40,000 nt of DNA from Yersinia phage phiR1-37: the sequence record AJ972879.2; one strand, written 5' to 3'. Under the pieces are notes generated by a model. It ran no database searches. It saw only the letters and a list, made by a program, of their open reading frames with translations, and was not told where the DNA came from. The position numbers and the translations under genes are program-made. Positions 25,363 through 34,742 of this stretch are shown in pieces; position 1 is the stretch's first letter, and every line of letters starts with the position of its first letter.

Positions 25363-27999
25363 TTAGAAACCGCCACCTACATCTTCAGAACCTTCTTCGT
25401 TTTCTTCTTCTGAAGTAGAAATGGATTTCTCTACTTTCTCACCAGTGTATTCACGAACAATTTCATCCATAATAGAATCGAGTTCATCCCAATCTACGTT
25501 AGGTAAATTTTTCTTAGTGAAACGCATAATGAGTTTCTTCTTAAGTTTTTCCTGATCGTCTTGAGGAATGGTATCATCGAACGTCAAGTTTTCAGTAAGA
25601 GTAGTAACAAAGTTGTTAACATTACTGATTTGCTCACTTAAGTTGTTCATATTCAGAGAAGCTGGAGAAGGGAACTTAACCGAGATATTATTAATATCAA
25701 AGTATTTAATAGCTGCTTTAGCCAAACTTTGAGTATCAGTATAGGACTTAGCATTTTTAGTCAAGATTTCATCTTTAGCTGGATCAGATTTATCATCTAC
25801 TTCATTGGATTTGAAGTTTAAATTATAAATCTTACGAACTAATTCAGTATAACCCTTACTAAGAATTACCTGATCACCGATAATATCACGAATAAAACGA
25901 CTGTTTTGCATAGATAGGGTCTTAGCAAAATCTACGTTTTCTACTTCAGTTAGGTATGCTGAAGGGATTCCCATACCAGAGAAGATATTATTTGAGAGCC
26001 AATTAAGAAAATCGTCATCTAAACTCTTAGCATCTAATGCATCGATAGTTTCAAACGTAATAGGTTTTTCACCATCTACTACCGGAATGTAATAATCTTG
26101 GAATTCACCTACATAATTAATTATGGATTGCATATCCATATTAGTAATGGAGCTAATTTCTTTAGATTTTACATCACGAATAGCTTGTTGAGTAGCATTA
26201 GCAGGGTTATTATCTAAGCCTACTTCTACATATACTGCACGTTTAGGTGCTCCACGTAATACGTTTTGCATTAACAGAGTCAGTAGAGTAGTAATATAAA
26301 TCTTAGCAAAGAAGAGAATATTATCAAAGATAGAATGGCCTCTATTGATCATTACAACTTCTTCAGGCTTGAGATAAATAACACGTACTTTATCTTTACG
26401 AGTTAATTTACGGATAGATAAAGTATTGTAGATAGCTTGTTTAATTGTAGCAGATTTCTTAATAAGCTTTATATTAGACTCATCAGATAATCTGTTGGCA
26501 AAAGCTGCAGCAAGGAATTGTAAACGAGCATCATCAGCTACATCTAAACGTTGACCATTAGGGTTCTCAACATTCTTAGCGCCACTACTATGCCCACCAT
26601 TACCATCAATAGGGATATCCTTACCAGAATACACCATATTTTGCAATACGTTGCCATTACCAACTGATTGGCTAGGCATAAAGGTGTAACCTTCATTACC
26701 ATTGTCTACTTTATCTGAAGGCATTGTAGTACCGTCTGGATCAACCTCTACGATATCAAGGTATAAGTAACCTAGAATATTATCTTCGAATGTAAGATCA
26801 ACGATATTCCCTGGGGAGATTCGTTTAACTATAGCTTTTTCATTACCGCCAAGCTTAGTTTTAAGAATCTTTTCTTTTTCAGGGTCAGCAAGCTTTCTAT
26901 TACTTCCTGGTTGAGTATTACCCTCACCAGTAGCATTGAATGGGCTTACAGCAGAACCAAAGAATCCAGAAATATTCATATCTTCACTAAGAAGTACATC
27001 TGAATATTCAGATAAAATATGACTACTATCACCAATAATAAAAGTATCTTTTAATGCTTCAGAGAACTTATCTAAAGCTGCGCCAACTTTAACGCCAGTA
27101 GCTTCTTTCTCTATACCAAATGCATCTTTAAACTCTTCTAAGAAGATAGAACCTTGCTTAGAAAATGAAGCATTTTCACTAAGAAGTTGAGATTTATCAG
27201 CTGAATTAAGTAATCCTTCAGATAGGTTAAGAGTCTTATATGAATCAACTTTATCCAACTCTGATGCAGACTCAGAAAGCATTTGCTTAATTTCTTCGTT
27301 CATTGAAAGAACAAGATAAATTAATTTGCCGTCTCGTAAGTATGCAATTACATCATTCTGTAGCTTGGTATTGATATCATAATAAGTAATTAAACTTTCT
27401 ACCCTATCTTTAATTTGTGCATGATCTTCTTCATTAACATTCTCTGAATCAATCATAATATTAAGAGCGCATTTAGTAAAGTCGTCTGGAGAAATGATAG
27501 TGTTAGCTACCGTTTTCAAAGCAAGACGCATTTTAGGAATAATTCTTATAATCAAATTATAAGTGGAAAGGTACTCCCAAAATCTACTTTTATTACTCTC
27601 TACTACATTACGAATTAGACTTTGTTGAGAAGTGGTAATTTCTTTCTTAAGCTCTTCTAATTCTTGCTTAATTTTCTTACCATTAGCTTTTCTTTTTTTA
27701 CGTTCTTCTTTATCCTTTGGAGGATTAGCAAGATAGAACATTGAATCTACAGGCGGAGCTGCAGATTCAGTATTATTAGCATTAGATGCAAGTAAACGTC
27801 TAGCAACATTAGTAGCTAGTTTATCTATATCTGCATTAAGCTTATTTGTTTTAGCATTTAAATCTAGATCTTCTTTATCTAGATTATTTTGAATTTTTTC
27901 AATTCTATTATTGCTTCTTTCGAATCTTTCAGATATTTTATTCACTGCAGTCTTTGATACAGCGCCACTCAGGATATCTGGTTCTTTTTGCTTGGCCAT
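25363..27999 (-). CDS. portal (vertex) protein, T4 gp20-like, 878 aa
   Basis: LMQNVLRGAPKRAVYVEVGLDNNPANATQQAIRDVKSK, then FQDYYIPVVDGEKPITFETIDALDAKSLDDDFLNWLSNNIFSGMGIPSAYL, matching the T4-type portal pattern (TRAPERRVFYVDVG..., LP.....D...L..IPxSRL). Confidence 0.85.
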   Translation of the reverse strand: MAKQKEPDILSGAVSKTAVNKISERFERSNNRIEKIQNNLDKEDLDLNAKTNKLNADIDKLATNVARRLLASNANNTESAAPPVDSMFYLANPPKDKEERKKRKANGKKIKQELEELKKEITTSQQSLIRNVVESNKSRFWEYLSTYNLIIRIIPKMRLALKTVANTIISPDDFTKCALNIMIDSENVNEEDHAQIKDRVESLITYYDINTKLQNDVIAYLRDGKLIYLVLSMNEEIKQMLSESASELDKVDSYKTLNLSEGLLNSADKSQLLSENASFSKQGSIFLEEFKDAFGIEKEATGVKVGAALDKFSEALKDTFIIGDSSHILSEYSDVLLSEDMNISGFFGSAVSPFNATGEGNTQPGSNRKLADPEKEKILKTKLGGNEKAIVKRISPGNIVDLTFEDNILGYLYLDIVEVDPDGTTMPSDKVDNGNEGYTFMPSQSVGNGNVLQNMVYSGKDIPIDGNGGHSSGAKNVENPNGQRLDVADDARLQFLAAAFANRLSDESNIKLIKKSATIKQAIYNTLSIRKLTRKDKVRVIYLKPEEVVMINRGHSIFDNILFFAKIYITTLLTLLMQNVLRGAPKRAVYVEVGLDNNPANATQQAIRDVKSKEISSITNMDMQSIINYVGEFQDYYIPVVDGEKPITFETIDALDAKSLDDDFLNWLSNNIFSGMGIPSAYLTEVENVDFAKTLSMQNSRFIRDIIGDQVILSKGYTELVRKIYNLNFKSNEVDDKSDPAKDEILTKNAKSYTDTQSLAKAAIKYFDINNISVKFPSPASLNMNNLSEQISNVNNFVTTLTENLTFDDTIPQDDQEKLKKKLIMRFTKKNLPNVDWDELDSIMDEIVREYTGEKVEKSISTSEEENEEGSEDVGGGF

Positions 28000-28001
28000 A
28001 A

Positions 28002-29054
28002 TTAATCCGTATTAACTAATAGATATTTATTGGTAGCAGACATAGTGAGATCAAATACCTTCCTGATATCGGAAAAGAATTTTTCATATTCAGCTATAAG
28101 AGTTAAATCTGCGTTTAGTTTATTAATCAAAGAATTGTTTTCTGATGTAGCAGCTAATAGATATTCTTGAATATAGAACTTCATAGTTGCAAACATATCA
28201 TCAAAAACAGGGTAGTTCTTTATTGATGATACTACATCAGAATATTTAGCTTCCATATAGGTTTCATCAGGGGCTTCTCCTAATGAGTTGATATGGAATA
28301 TCTCATTAGTAACTAAAAATGATATAACCTTTGAAGAAGTCTTGTAGTTGAAAACATTATTGAATATTGCAGTAGATACACCAAATGCAGAATTAGAATC
28401 TGGTAGAGCTACAATATAATTAAATAACTTATCATTACTTAATTTGTTATTCAATGAATTCATTTGAGACGATATACCATTAACAAATTCTTTCATCTGG
28501 TCAGTACAATTAGTACTGTCTGGAGAGAATTGAAGTGTAGATATATCAGTAACACTCATTCCTGTCAATATATCATTTAGAGCTTTCTCGTCAAAACTAT
28601 GCTTGAAATCTGATAAGTTTGAATATAAACCCCCTACAGTAGCTTTATATGAAATATATGGTACCTTGTAGATAACTTTATCCAAAAGACCACTATTCTC
28701 TTTTTCATTATAATCTACTAGTAAATCTCTTACTGGAGAGCCTGAAGGTATCAACCAATCAGCTGCCACAAAATCAGTTGTAGAACCATTAGATGGGAGT
28801 GGAAAATAATTTTTTTCATAGTTAGCAAGAAATTCACCTACGTATTGATCGTTTACAATAGGTAAATTTTCTACATCTGATAAAGATATTTCTTTTCTAG
28901 TAAGTAAACTAAAAATACCTTTATAATTATCTTTATCTTCAAGGTTAAAAAGTTTACTGAATGTACCAAAAGTACCTTCTTTTAAATATTTGGAAATAAA
29001 TAACCTTAAGTCAGATTCATTTACTATATCAATCATACACCTACTCCTTGACAT
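28002..29054 (-). CDS. hypothetical structural protein, 350 aa
   Basis: Long ORF directly upstream of portal gene. Confidence 0.8.
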   Translation of the reverse strand: MSRSRCMIDIVNESDLRLFISKYLKEGTFGTFSKLFNLEDKDNYKGIFSLLTRKEISLSDVENLPIVNDQYVGEFLANYEKNYFPLPSNGSTTDFVAADWLIPSGSPVRDLLVDYNEKENSGLLDKVIYKVPYISYKATVGGLYSNLSDFKHSFDEKALNDILTGMSVTDISTLQFSPDSTNCTDQMKEFVNGISSQMNSLNNKLSNDKLFNYIVALPDSNSAFGVSTAIFNNVFNYKTSSKVISFLVTNEIFHINSLGEAPDETYMEAKYSDVVSSIKNYPVFDDMFATMKFYIQEYLLAATSENNSLINKLNADLTLIAEYEKFFSDIRKVFDLTMSATNKYLLVNTD

Positions 29055-30055
29055 GCAGTTCTAATAGCTGTGCAATAAGTATACATATTATCAAATAAAC
29101 TAATTATAGAGTCAAATTCTTCTTTAACTGTAGCAGTATCATTAAAGAAAGCACTACCATAGACTGTTGAGTACAAGTTGATTCGTACAAAAGTGGCATA
29201 GTTAAATTGACTTTCAAATAATGAACTTGAAAGAATGGTGGTATCAGTAAAAGAACTACTAAATGATACATTATTCTTTAATTGATTTACTGCATAAGAA
29301 CCATCTTTAGTTTCATCAGCATCATAGTATAAAACCATCCCATTTAAAGCTGACATGAAATTTTCTATAAAACTGGTATATTTAGCTTGCTTAAATCCGC
29401 CTTTAGCTATATAAAATTCTAAATCAGTATAGTTAATTTTTAAACTAAGCGTATTATCAGTAGTAAAAATAAAGTAGTAATCTGAAATCTTTTTGAAGAA
29501 GTTGGTTACTAGATTATTCAGACGTCTATAACCATATTTAGTTTGGATAGCAGCGGCTTGAGAAATAATACTATTCTGTAGAGCTACCAATGAACTATCA
29601 TTGATAATCTGAGTATATGCTGACATTAAAACTGTAACTGAACTTACTGAACCATCAGTTATTCCTAATGGATCAATTACTTTGGATACAGCTATTCTGA
29701 ATGGAGACAATGATGCAGTAGCAAATCTATCTGCAGTTTTACCATTCATTTCATTAATCAAATTAGTATAGGAGGCAAAGCTCTTGATCTTGGTTTTATA
29801 CTGAGTAATAGCTGTTTTATTATCATTAAGATCATATATAACTAGCTTGTTTCTAATAGTAGTATTATTGATATTCATAGTGTATAAATCACTAATATCA
29901 AATACCCCATTTATCAAGAAATACACTAGTTGTTGCAATAAATTGCCATCAAGTAACTGGATAGCACCTAATACCTTTTGAACTCTTGTATCTGTTCCAT
30001 CCAAAGTATTAACCCATTCTTGGATGTCAGAGTTAGAAATAGTACCTTCGTTCAT
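29033..30055 (-). CDS. hypothetical structural protein, 340 aa
   Basis: Long ORF, 22-nt overlap with the next gene. Confidence 0.8.
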   Translation of the reverse strand: MNEGTISNSDIQEWVNTLDGTDTRVQKVLGAIQLLDGNLLQQLVYFLINGVFDISDLYTMNINNTTIRNKLVIYDLNDNKTAITQYKTKIKSFASYTNLINEMNGKTADRFATASLSPFRIAVSKVIDPLGITDGSVSSVTVLMSAYTQIINDSSLVALQNSIISQAAAIQTKYGYRRLNNLVTNFFKKISDYYFIFTTDNTLSLKINYTDLEFYIAKGGFKQAKYTSFIENFMSALNGMVLYYDADETKDGSYAVNQLKNNVSFSSSFTDTTILSSSLFESQFNYATFVRINLYSTVYGSAFFNDTATVKEEFDSIISLFDNMYTYCTAIRTACQGVGV

Positions 30056-30064
30056 TTTAAATCC

Positions 30065-30589
30065 TTACAATTTACTAATAGGTTTATAAGACATTTTGTT
30101 GGACATAAAAATTTGTGTTTCTTTATTTTGTCCATCAATATCTTCTAAGTTTAACTGTTGATAGTAAGTTTCCTGAACAACTACTAGAATACTATTAATT
30201 TCATCATCAGTTAATGTATTACCTGTCTGTGATTCATATTCTTTTGCAATAGCATACCTATAGTCATCTAGATTATTAAAGAATAATTGGTTCTCTTTAA
30301 TAATATCTGAAGTATTCTCTCCAGTTAATCTAGCTATGAGATTTGATTTCATTGTATCTACAATGTTTTCACTTAGGTTTCTATTAGTAGACGTTTTGTT
30401 ACTAGAAGGGATAACGTTATTAAGGAGCTGACGCGTATCTTCAATATCCAATCTACCATCTAGAATTTCTTGCATAAGGGGTTTGTAATCACTAATATCT
30501 AGTAATAATAATCTTTCATATAACACATAGTTCTTAGAATTTACATCTAAGCTACTAAATTTATCTTGTAATTCTTTAATATGGATCAT
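30065..30589 (-). CDS. hypothetical protein, 174 aa
   Basis: ORF in co-oriented cluster. Confidence 0.75.
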   Translation of the reverse strand: MIHIKELQDKFSSLDVNSKNYVLYERLLLLDISDYKPLMQEILDGRLDIEDTRQLLNNVIPSSNKTSTNRNLSENIVDTMKSNLIARLTGENTSDIIKENQLFFNNLDDYRYAIAKEYESQTGNTLTDDEINSILVVVQETYYQQLNLEDIDGQNKETQIFMSNKMSYKPISKL

Positions 30590-30663
30590 TAGTTATAATC
30601 CCTTTAATAATTCAACTAAAAAGATGTTACAACTATAGTTTTTATATAAAAAAAAAAGAATCC

Positions 30664-30691
30664 CCCTATACCCCTTTTATGAGGTATAGGG
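30664..30691 (-). terminator. intergenic hairpin (CCCTATACC)
   Basis: CCCTATACC (30664-30672) / GGTATAGGG (30683-30691), T-tract on the minus strand from the plus-strand A-run at 30650-30657. Confidence 0.7.
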
Positions 30692-30699
30692 TTCTTACT

Positions 30700-31428
30700 T
30701 TAAACTGGAAGAATATTACTTACAGCTTTTCTTTTCTCACCATCAAATTGAATTAAACTAAATCCAACAGATTCTAAGATAATATTACCTTTTTTGATAA
30801 TACCATTGGTAATACTTTCAATATCTGCTAATTTTGCAAATTCGGTAGGAAATTCCTCCCTACCAAATGGTATAGCCATAACGTCTACACCAAATCGCTC
30901 AATCATTTCAGGATGCTCATCTTTAAGAGCAAGAAGTTTGTCGTAGTACTCTTCAGGTAAGTAATCCTTAATATTATCAAATCCTACTTTCTTAAACTCA
31001 AGAATTTTCATTGATGAGTTTTCAGGAATAGTGTCTTTAGGGAATATAGCGTTCCAAACAGCCATTGCACGGAATGGCTGCATAGCATATTTATCTTTAT
31101 ATGCGCTAATATTCTTAATTACTCCAGGTTTAAGATATTCAGTGTTACCACTTCGAATAGATTCAATAACTGAATATTCGAAGTTTTTAAAGTTTTTAAA
31201 GACTGTGAATGGTTTAATTTTCTCAGATAGAAGAATATTATGCTCAAGCTCATGAGAATAGAATTCACGGGCTTTCTTAGGCGTACTTGTTTTACGAATT
31301 TGAAGACCTTTCATATCAAAGTCAGGATTATCGTAAACGTTACCTTCTTTCGCAAGTACAATACCTGTATAAGTCTTCTTGTTAGGCGTTAACATGATTC
31401 GTTTATAGTGAACATTTACATTCATCAT
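30700..31428 (-). CDS. family-B DNA polymerase, C-terminal (thumb) segment
   Basis: KKTYTGIVLAKEGNVYDNPDFDMKGLQIRKTSTPKKAREF corresponds to the T4 gp43 KKRYAL..MEG....LKIMGxETQ.SSTPKAV region. Upstream boundary uncertain (group I intron). Confidence 0.8.
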   Translation of the reverse strand: MMNVNVHYKRIMLTPNKKTYTGIVLAKEGNVYDNPDFDMKGLQIRKTSTPKKAREFYSHELEHNILLSEKIKPFTVFKNFKNFEYSVIESIRSGNTEYLKPGVIKNISAYKDKYAMQPFRAMAVWNAIFPKDTIPENSSMKILEFKKVGFDNIKDYLPEEYYDKLLALKDEHPEMIERFGVDVMAIPFGREEFPTEFAKLADIESITNGIIKKGNIILESVGFSLIQFDGEKRKAVSNILPV

Positions 31429-31762
31429 AGTTCGTTAATCTATGACCGCTTTTTAAGCTGCTATATATTGCTATATAGATTAGACTATATCTTAAGTACA
31501 TAACCTATTATGTACCTCTCCCCATTTCGCTTTAAAGGATTTTATAATTGAAGCCATTCCACTTCAATAACCTACCACTTGGCGCTACTCTACTTGCTTA
31601 TTCACTTAGATTTCGGTCTAAGCTATGCTTTCGATAGTCGTTGAACCTTATTCAATAATTTTTATATTATTTTAAATAATATAAAAATTCTTAAATCTTG
31701 GATGCTGATTGTCTCAATGAGAGTTCCAGCAGTTAAAGGAGTTTATAGTGAGCATCAAGTTT
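31419..31762 (-). ncRNA. group I intron within the DNA polymerase gene, ORF-less, roughly 320-350 nt (3' end uncertain: 31440, 31419 or 31413)
   Basis: Minus strand: P1 AGTGAGT (31769-31763)/GCTCACT (31753-31747) with U.G; TTCAACGACTAT (31645-31634) and ATAGTC (31488-31483) as P7; P8 GTACATAA/TTATGTAC (31515-31508/31503-31496); P9 CTATATA-GCAA-TATATAG (31478-31461); shared TTCAACGACTAT and AAGATATAGTCTAA with the terL intron. Confidence 0.85.
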
Positions 31763-33023
31763 ACTCACTTTTCATATTAACTCTAGGGCGATCTTCTGGA
31801 AGTACACCAGCCGCCTTAGTTAACTTATAGAAAACATCACCGATGAAATTAGTAATAAAGTAAGTAATTACAGCACCGATACTTACACGTTTTTCTTTAG
31901 TTAATTTATCAGGGTCTTCACCTGTTGAATCACAAATGTACTCAATAAATGGACGAATGTACAAGAATGTTGAGTCAGTATCTGATAACAGTACTGTTTT
32001 TCTCATCATTGCTTTTACTTTAGTAGTTTTATTTGAGAATGGATAAGAATAGAATACGAATGCTTTCATCAATTCATTCAATTCTTGAAGACTTTCTTTA
32101 ATATCTTCTGGCGGTTTCTCAAAATTAAAATAGTTTTCTACAATTAGATTACTTGTTACAAATTCTTCAATAGAAGGTAATTTTAAAAACTCCATTAAGT
32201 TATTCTTATAATAGAGCATTTCTCTAACTGAGGCAGTTTGACTTTTAACCACCTTAATTACCATGTTTCTAATTTCGTCTGTAACTAGGAAGGTACATTT
32301 ACCAAGTAGATGCTCTACAACATCATTAGTTGTTAAATCATCATTTAAAGTAAATTCTGGATCTTCCTCAAGATTACAGATATTATACATATACTGAGTA
32401 AGTTCATGTTCAGTATCAAATGTAAAGTTACCAGACATAAAGGCTTCAAAGCCTAAAATAGCGGAAATGATAATTTGCTGTCCGGTATAAGTAATTGATG
32501 GGCCGAGGTCAGGGTTAAAGAATATGAATGAACTTGCCCCGAATGCACCATAATAGCTGTTAGCTAGAATTTTAAAGATGAGCTGCTTGATGTCAAGGAA
32601 ATTATAAAGAGATTTATCAACATCGTTGATATGTTGAAGCATTTCCTTTTTAGTTACTTTACGAGCTTTAAGTAGGAACTCAAGGAACATTCCTGGAAGG
32701 TTTTCTTTCTTATTACGGTTATAGAAAAGAGTATTAAAGCCAGTAATGATTAATCGTTTATCTTCTGGAAGAACTTTATTGTAGACGACAATATCGGCTA
32801 CTGTTGCGTCCGAATAAGTTTCCTGAACGTTATTATAGACTACTCCGTTACGATTCTTCCAATCCTGCAGATAATCGCTTTTTAGTCTATTCCAATCAAC
32901 TTTTTTAGCTTTTTTTCTTCCTAATGATGTAAGTTTTTCCTTTAGATCATTAAAAAAGAAGTCAAACGCTTTCTTTTCATTTTTAGTTAAACTTTCATAA
33001 GTAATCAATGTTATACACCTCAT
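31763..33023 (-). CDS. family-B DNA polymerase, middle segment with motifs B and C, about 420 aa; ORF start uncertain
   Basis: FKILANSYYGAFG (Kx3NSxYG motif B), SITYTGQ, LLSDTDSTFL (DTDS motif C), LFYNRNKKENLPGMFLEFLLKARKVTKKEM. Confidence 0.88.
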
Positions 33024-33060
33024 TTAACTAGATTTATCTCTATAAAACTAGTTTTGAAAT

Positions 33061-33076
33061 AACACTAAAATAGAAA
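33061..33076 (+). promoter_or_regulatory. candidate late promoter motif AACACTAAAATAGAAA
   Basis: 44 nt upstream of 33120 ATG; near-identical to 5681-5696. Confidence 0.35.
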
Positions 33077-33119
33077 GTGATCAATTTTCTATTTCGTTAA
33101 ACCCTTATAAGGATTTCAT

Positions 33120-33599
33120 ATGAAAAATACTATTGTTGACGAACTCTTAGCAGAAACTTCTGTCACCACGAACGATTTAAAAAATAACGCCTCTGGTGAT
33201 GGTGCTGAATTCGCCGATGCAACTAATGCTGCCCTGACTGATCCTGATCTGGACATTCATGCAGATGGTATTCCACTGGAAGAACAAGAAGCTTCTCTTG
33301 CTCAACTGGCAGAATTCTACAAAAGTATGGAAGGTGAAGGCGGTGTTCTTACTGAAGCTGCGCGTAACATCGTCCGTCTTAACCGTCAAACTAAGCTGCT
33401 GAACCTGACCAACCGTTCTGCACTGGTTATGGCTGCACGTAAAGGTGATCCGCTGTTTGCTAAATATGCTAAATTTAACAAAATGCGTAAAGCTATTCGT
33501 GCTCAGATCGTACAGAAGTATGGTGCTAAAGCTACCTCTTATGCACGTAAGCTGATGACCCAAAGTGTTGATAACACTGGTGGCGGTAAAGCTAAATAA
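33120..33599 (+). CDS. hypothetical abundant/structural-type protein, 159 aa
   Basis: ORF with biased codon usage like the capsid gene; LLAET near N-terminus, basic C-terminal half. Confidence 0.8.
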   Translation: MKNTIVDELLAETSVTTNDLKNNASGDGAEFADATNAALTDPDLDIHADGIPLEEQEASLAQLAEFYKSMEGEGGVLTEAARNIVRLNRQTKLLNLTNRSALVMAARKGDPLFAKYAKFNKMRKAIRAQIVQKYGAKATSYARKLMTQSVDNTGGGKAK

Positions 33600-33607
33600 G
33601 TTTAAAC

Positions 33608-33642
33608 CCCTATATCCCCTTTCGAGGGATATAGGGAGTTTT
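33608..33642. terminator. bidirectional terminator between convergent genes
   Basis: CCCTATATCCC (33608-33618) / GGGATATAGGG (33626-33636) flanked by AAAC and GTTTT. Confidence 0.75.
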
Positions 33643-33678
33643 ATTACTCTTTTTTATAATATATTTTTGAAGTAAGGT

Positions 33679-34584
33679 TTAATCATCGTCTTCTTCAACA
33701 TTTGACTCATCAATGAGTTCTAATTGAAGTTTAATTACACTACTCATATAGACGTTTTCTTCAACTTCTTCTAGCTCAAGTTCGTCTTCCGTAGCATATC
33801 TAACGATGTTCATTTCTTCATCAGTAATGATAAATCTTTCTTCCTCTTCAGAATAGAAGAGTCTATAACCGTTTTTAATAACTAGTTCATCAAGAGATTT
33901 ATCCTGATTAATCATATCATCATCTTCCTCTTCCTTTAATCTCAATACATCTTCGTCAATTTCAGTATCAGATTCTTTATTTTTTATATGTTCCGGTTTA
34001 GTTTCGCCACTACTAATAGCTTTCACATCCAGCGCCTCTACACCTTCCTCTTTCAATCTTGAGTTAAGGATATCATCAATAGACTCACCCTCAACTTCAA
34101 TTACTCTGCCGCCAGAATAACTTTCAGCGGCTTTGCCACCCGATTGAAGAAGTGACATAACAAATGCAGCTAATTGATCTGGTGGAACGCCGAGGTCAGC
34201 ATCGTCTCCAGAGTGTTTAGCAATATTATTTAGAATTCTCAGACGTCTATCAAGTTCTTCTGAACGTAATTTAGCTAATTGATTAAATAGAGTAGACTTA
34301 AGGCCACCTAAAGAGACAACATTACTAATTTGTTGTGCTACATAAATACCACTAGGTTTTTTCTTTTCTTTAGTACCCATTCGCTTAGGTTTAGAAGATT
34401 CATCTTCATCTTCCATAGCGGTTAGTAATTTATCAGCATGACTAATTAGCCTGTTCTGTAGGCTTTCAATTTTAGATATTTCACTTTCTACTTTACCAGA
34501 TACGTCTTTGAATTGGTTTTCAGTAATAATACTTTCTAGACGTTCTAATAAGTCGTTTTTCTGATCGACAATTTCTTCACTCAT
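33679..34584 (-). CDS. hypothetical acidic protein, 301 aa
   Basis: Long ORF; acidic C-terminal half (RLKEEEDDDMINQDKS..., EDELELEEVEE). Confidence 0.75.
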   Translation of the reverse strand: MSEEIVDQKNDLLERLESIITENQFKDVSGKVESEISKIESLQNRLISHADKLLTAMEDEDESSKPKRMGTKEKKKPSGIYVAQQISNVVSLGGLKSTLFNQLAKLRSEELDRRLRILNNIAKHSGDDADLGVPPDQLAAFVMSLLQSGGKAAESYSGGRVIEVEGESIDDILNSRLKEEGVEALDVKAISSGETKPEHIKNKESDTEIDEDVLRLKEEEDDDMINQDKSLDELVIKNGYRLFYSEEEERFIITDEEMNIVRYATEDELELEEVEENVYMSSVIKLQLELIDESNVEEDDD

Positions 34585-34742
34585 AATAAAATTCCATAAG
34601 AGATAATGACTTATTAATACATTTCTATAATTCTATAAAAATTATTATAGAAATATATTATTAAAATGAAATTAATAAAGAACTAAAATTTTGTTTACAT
34701 TAAACAAAAAGTTAGCTTTTATGAGAAAAATGGTAAATCATT

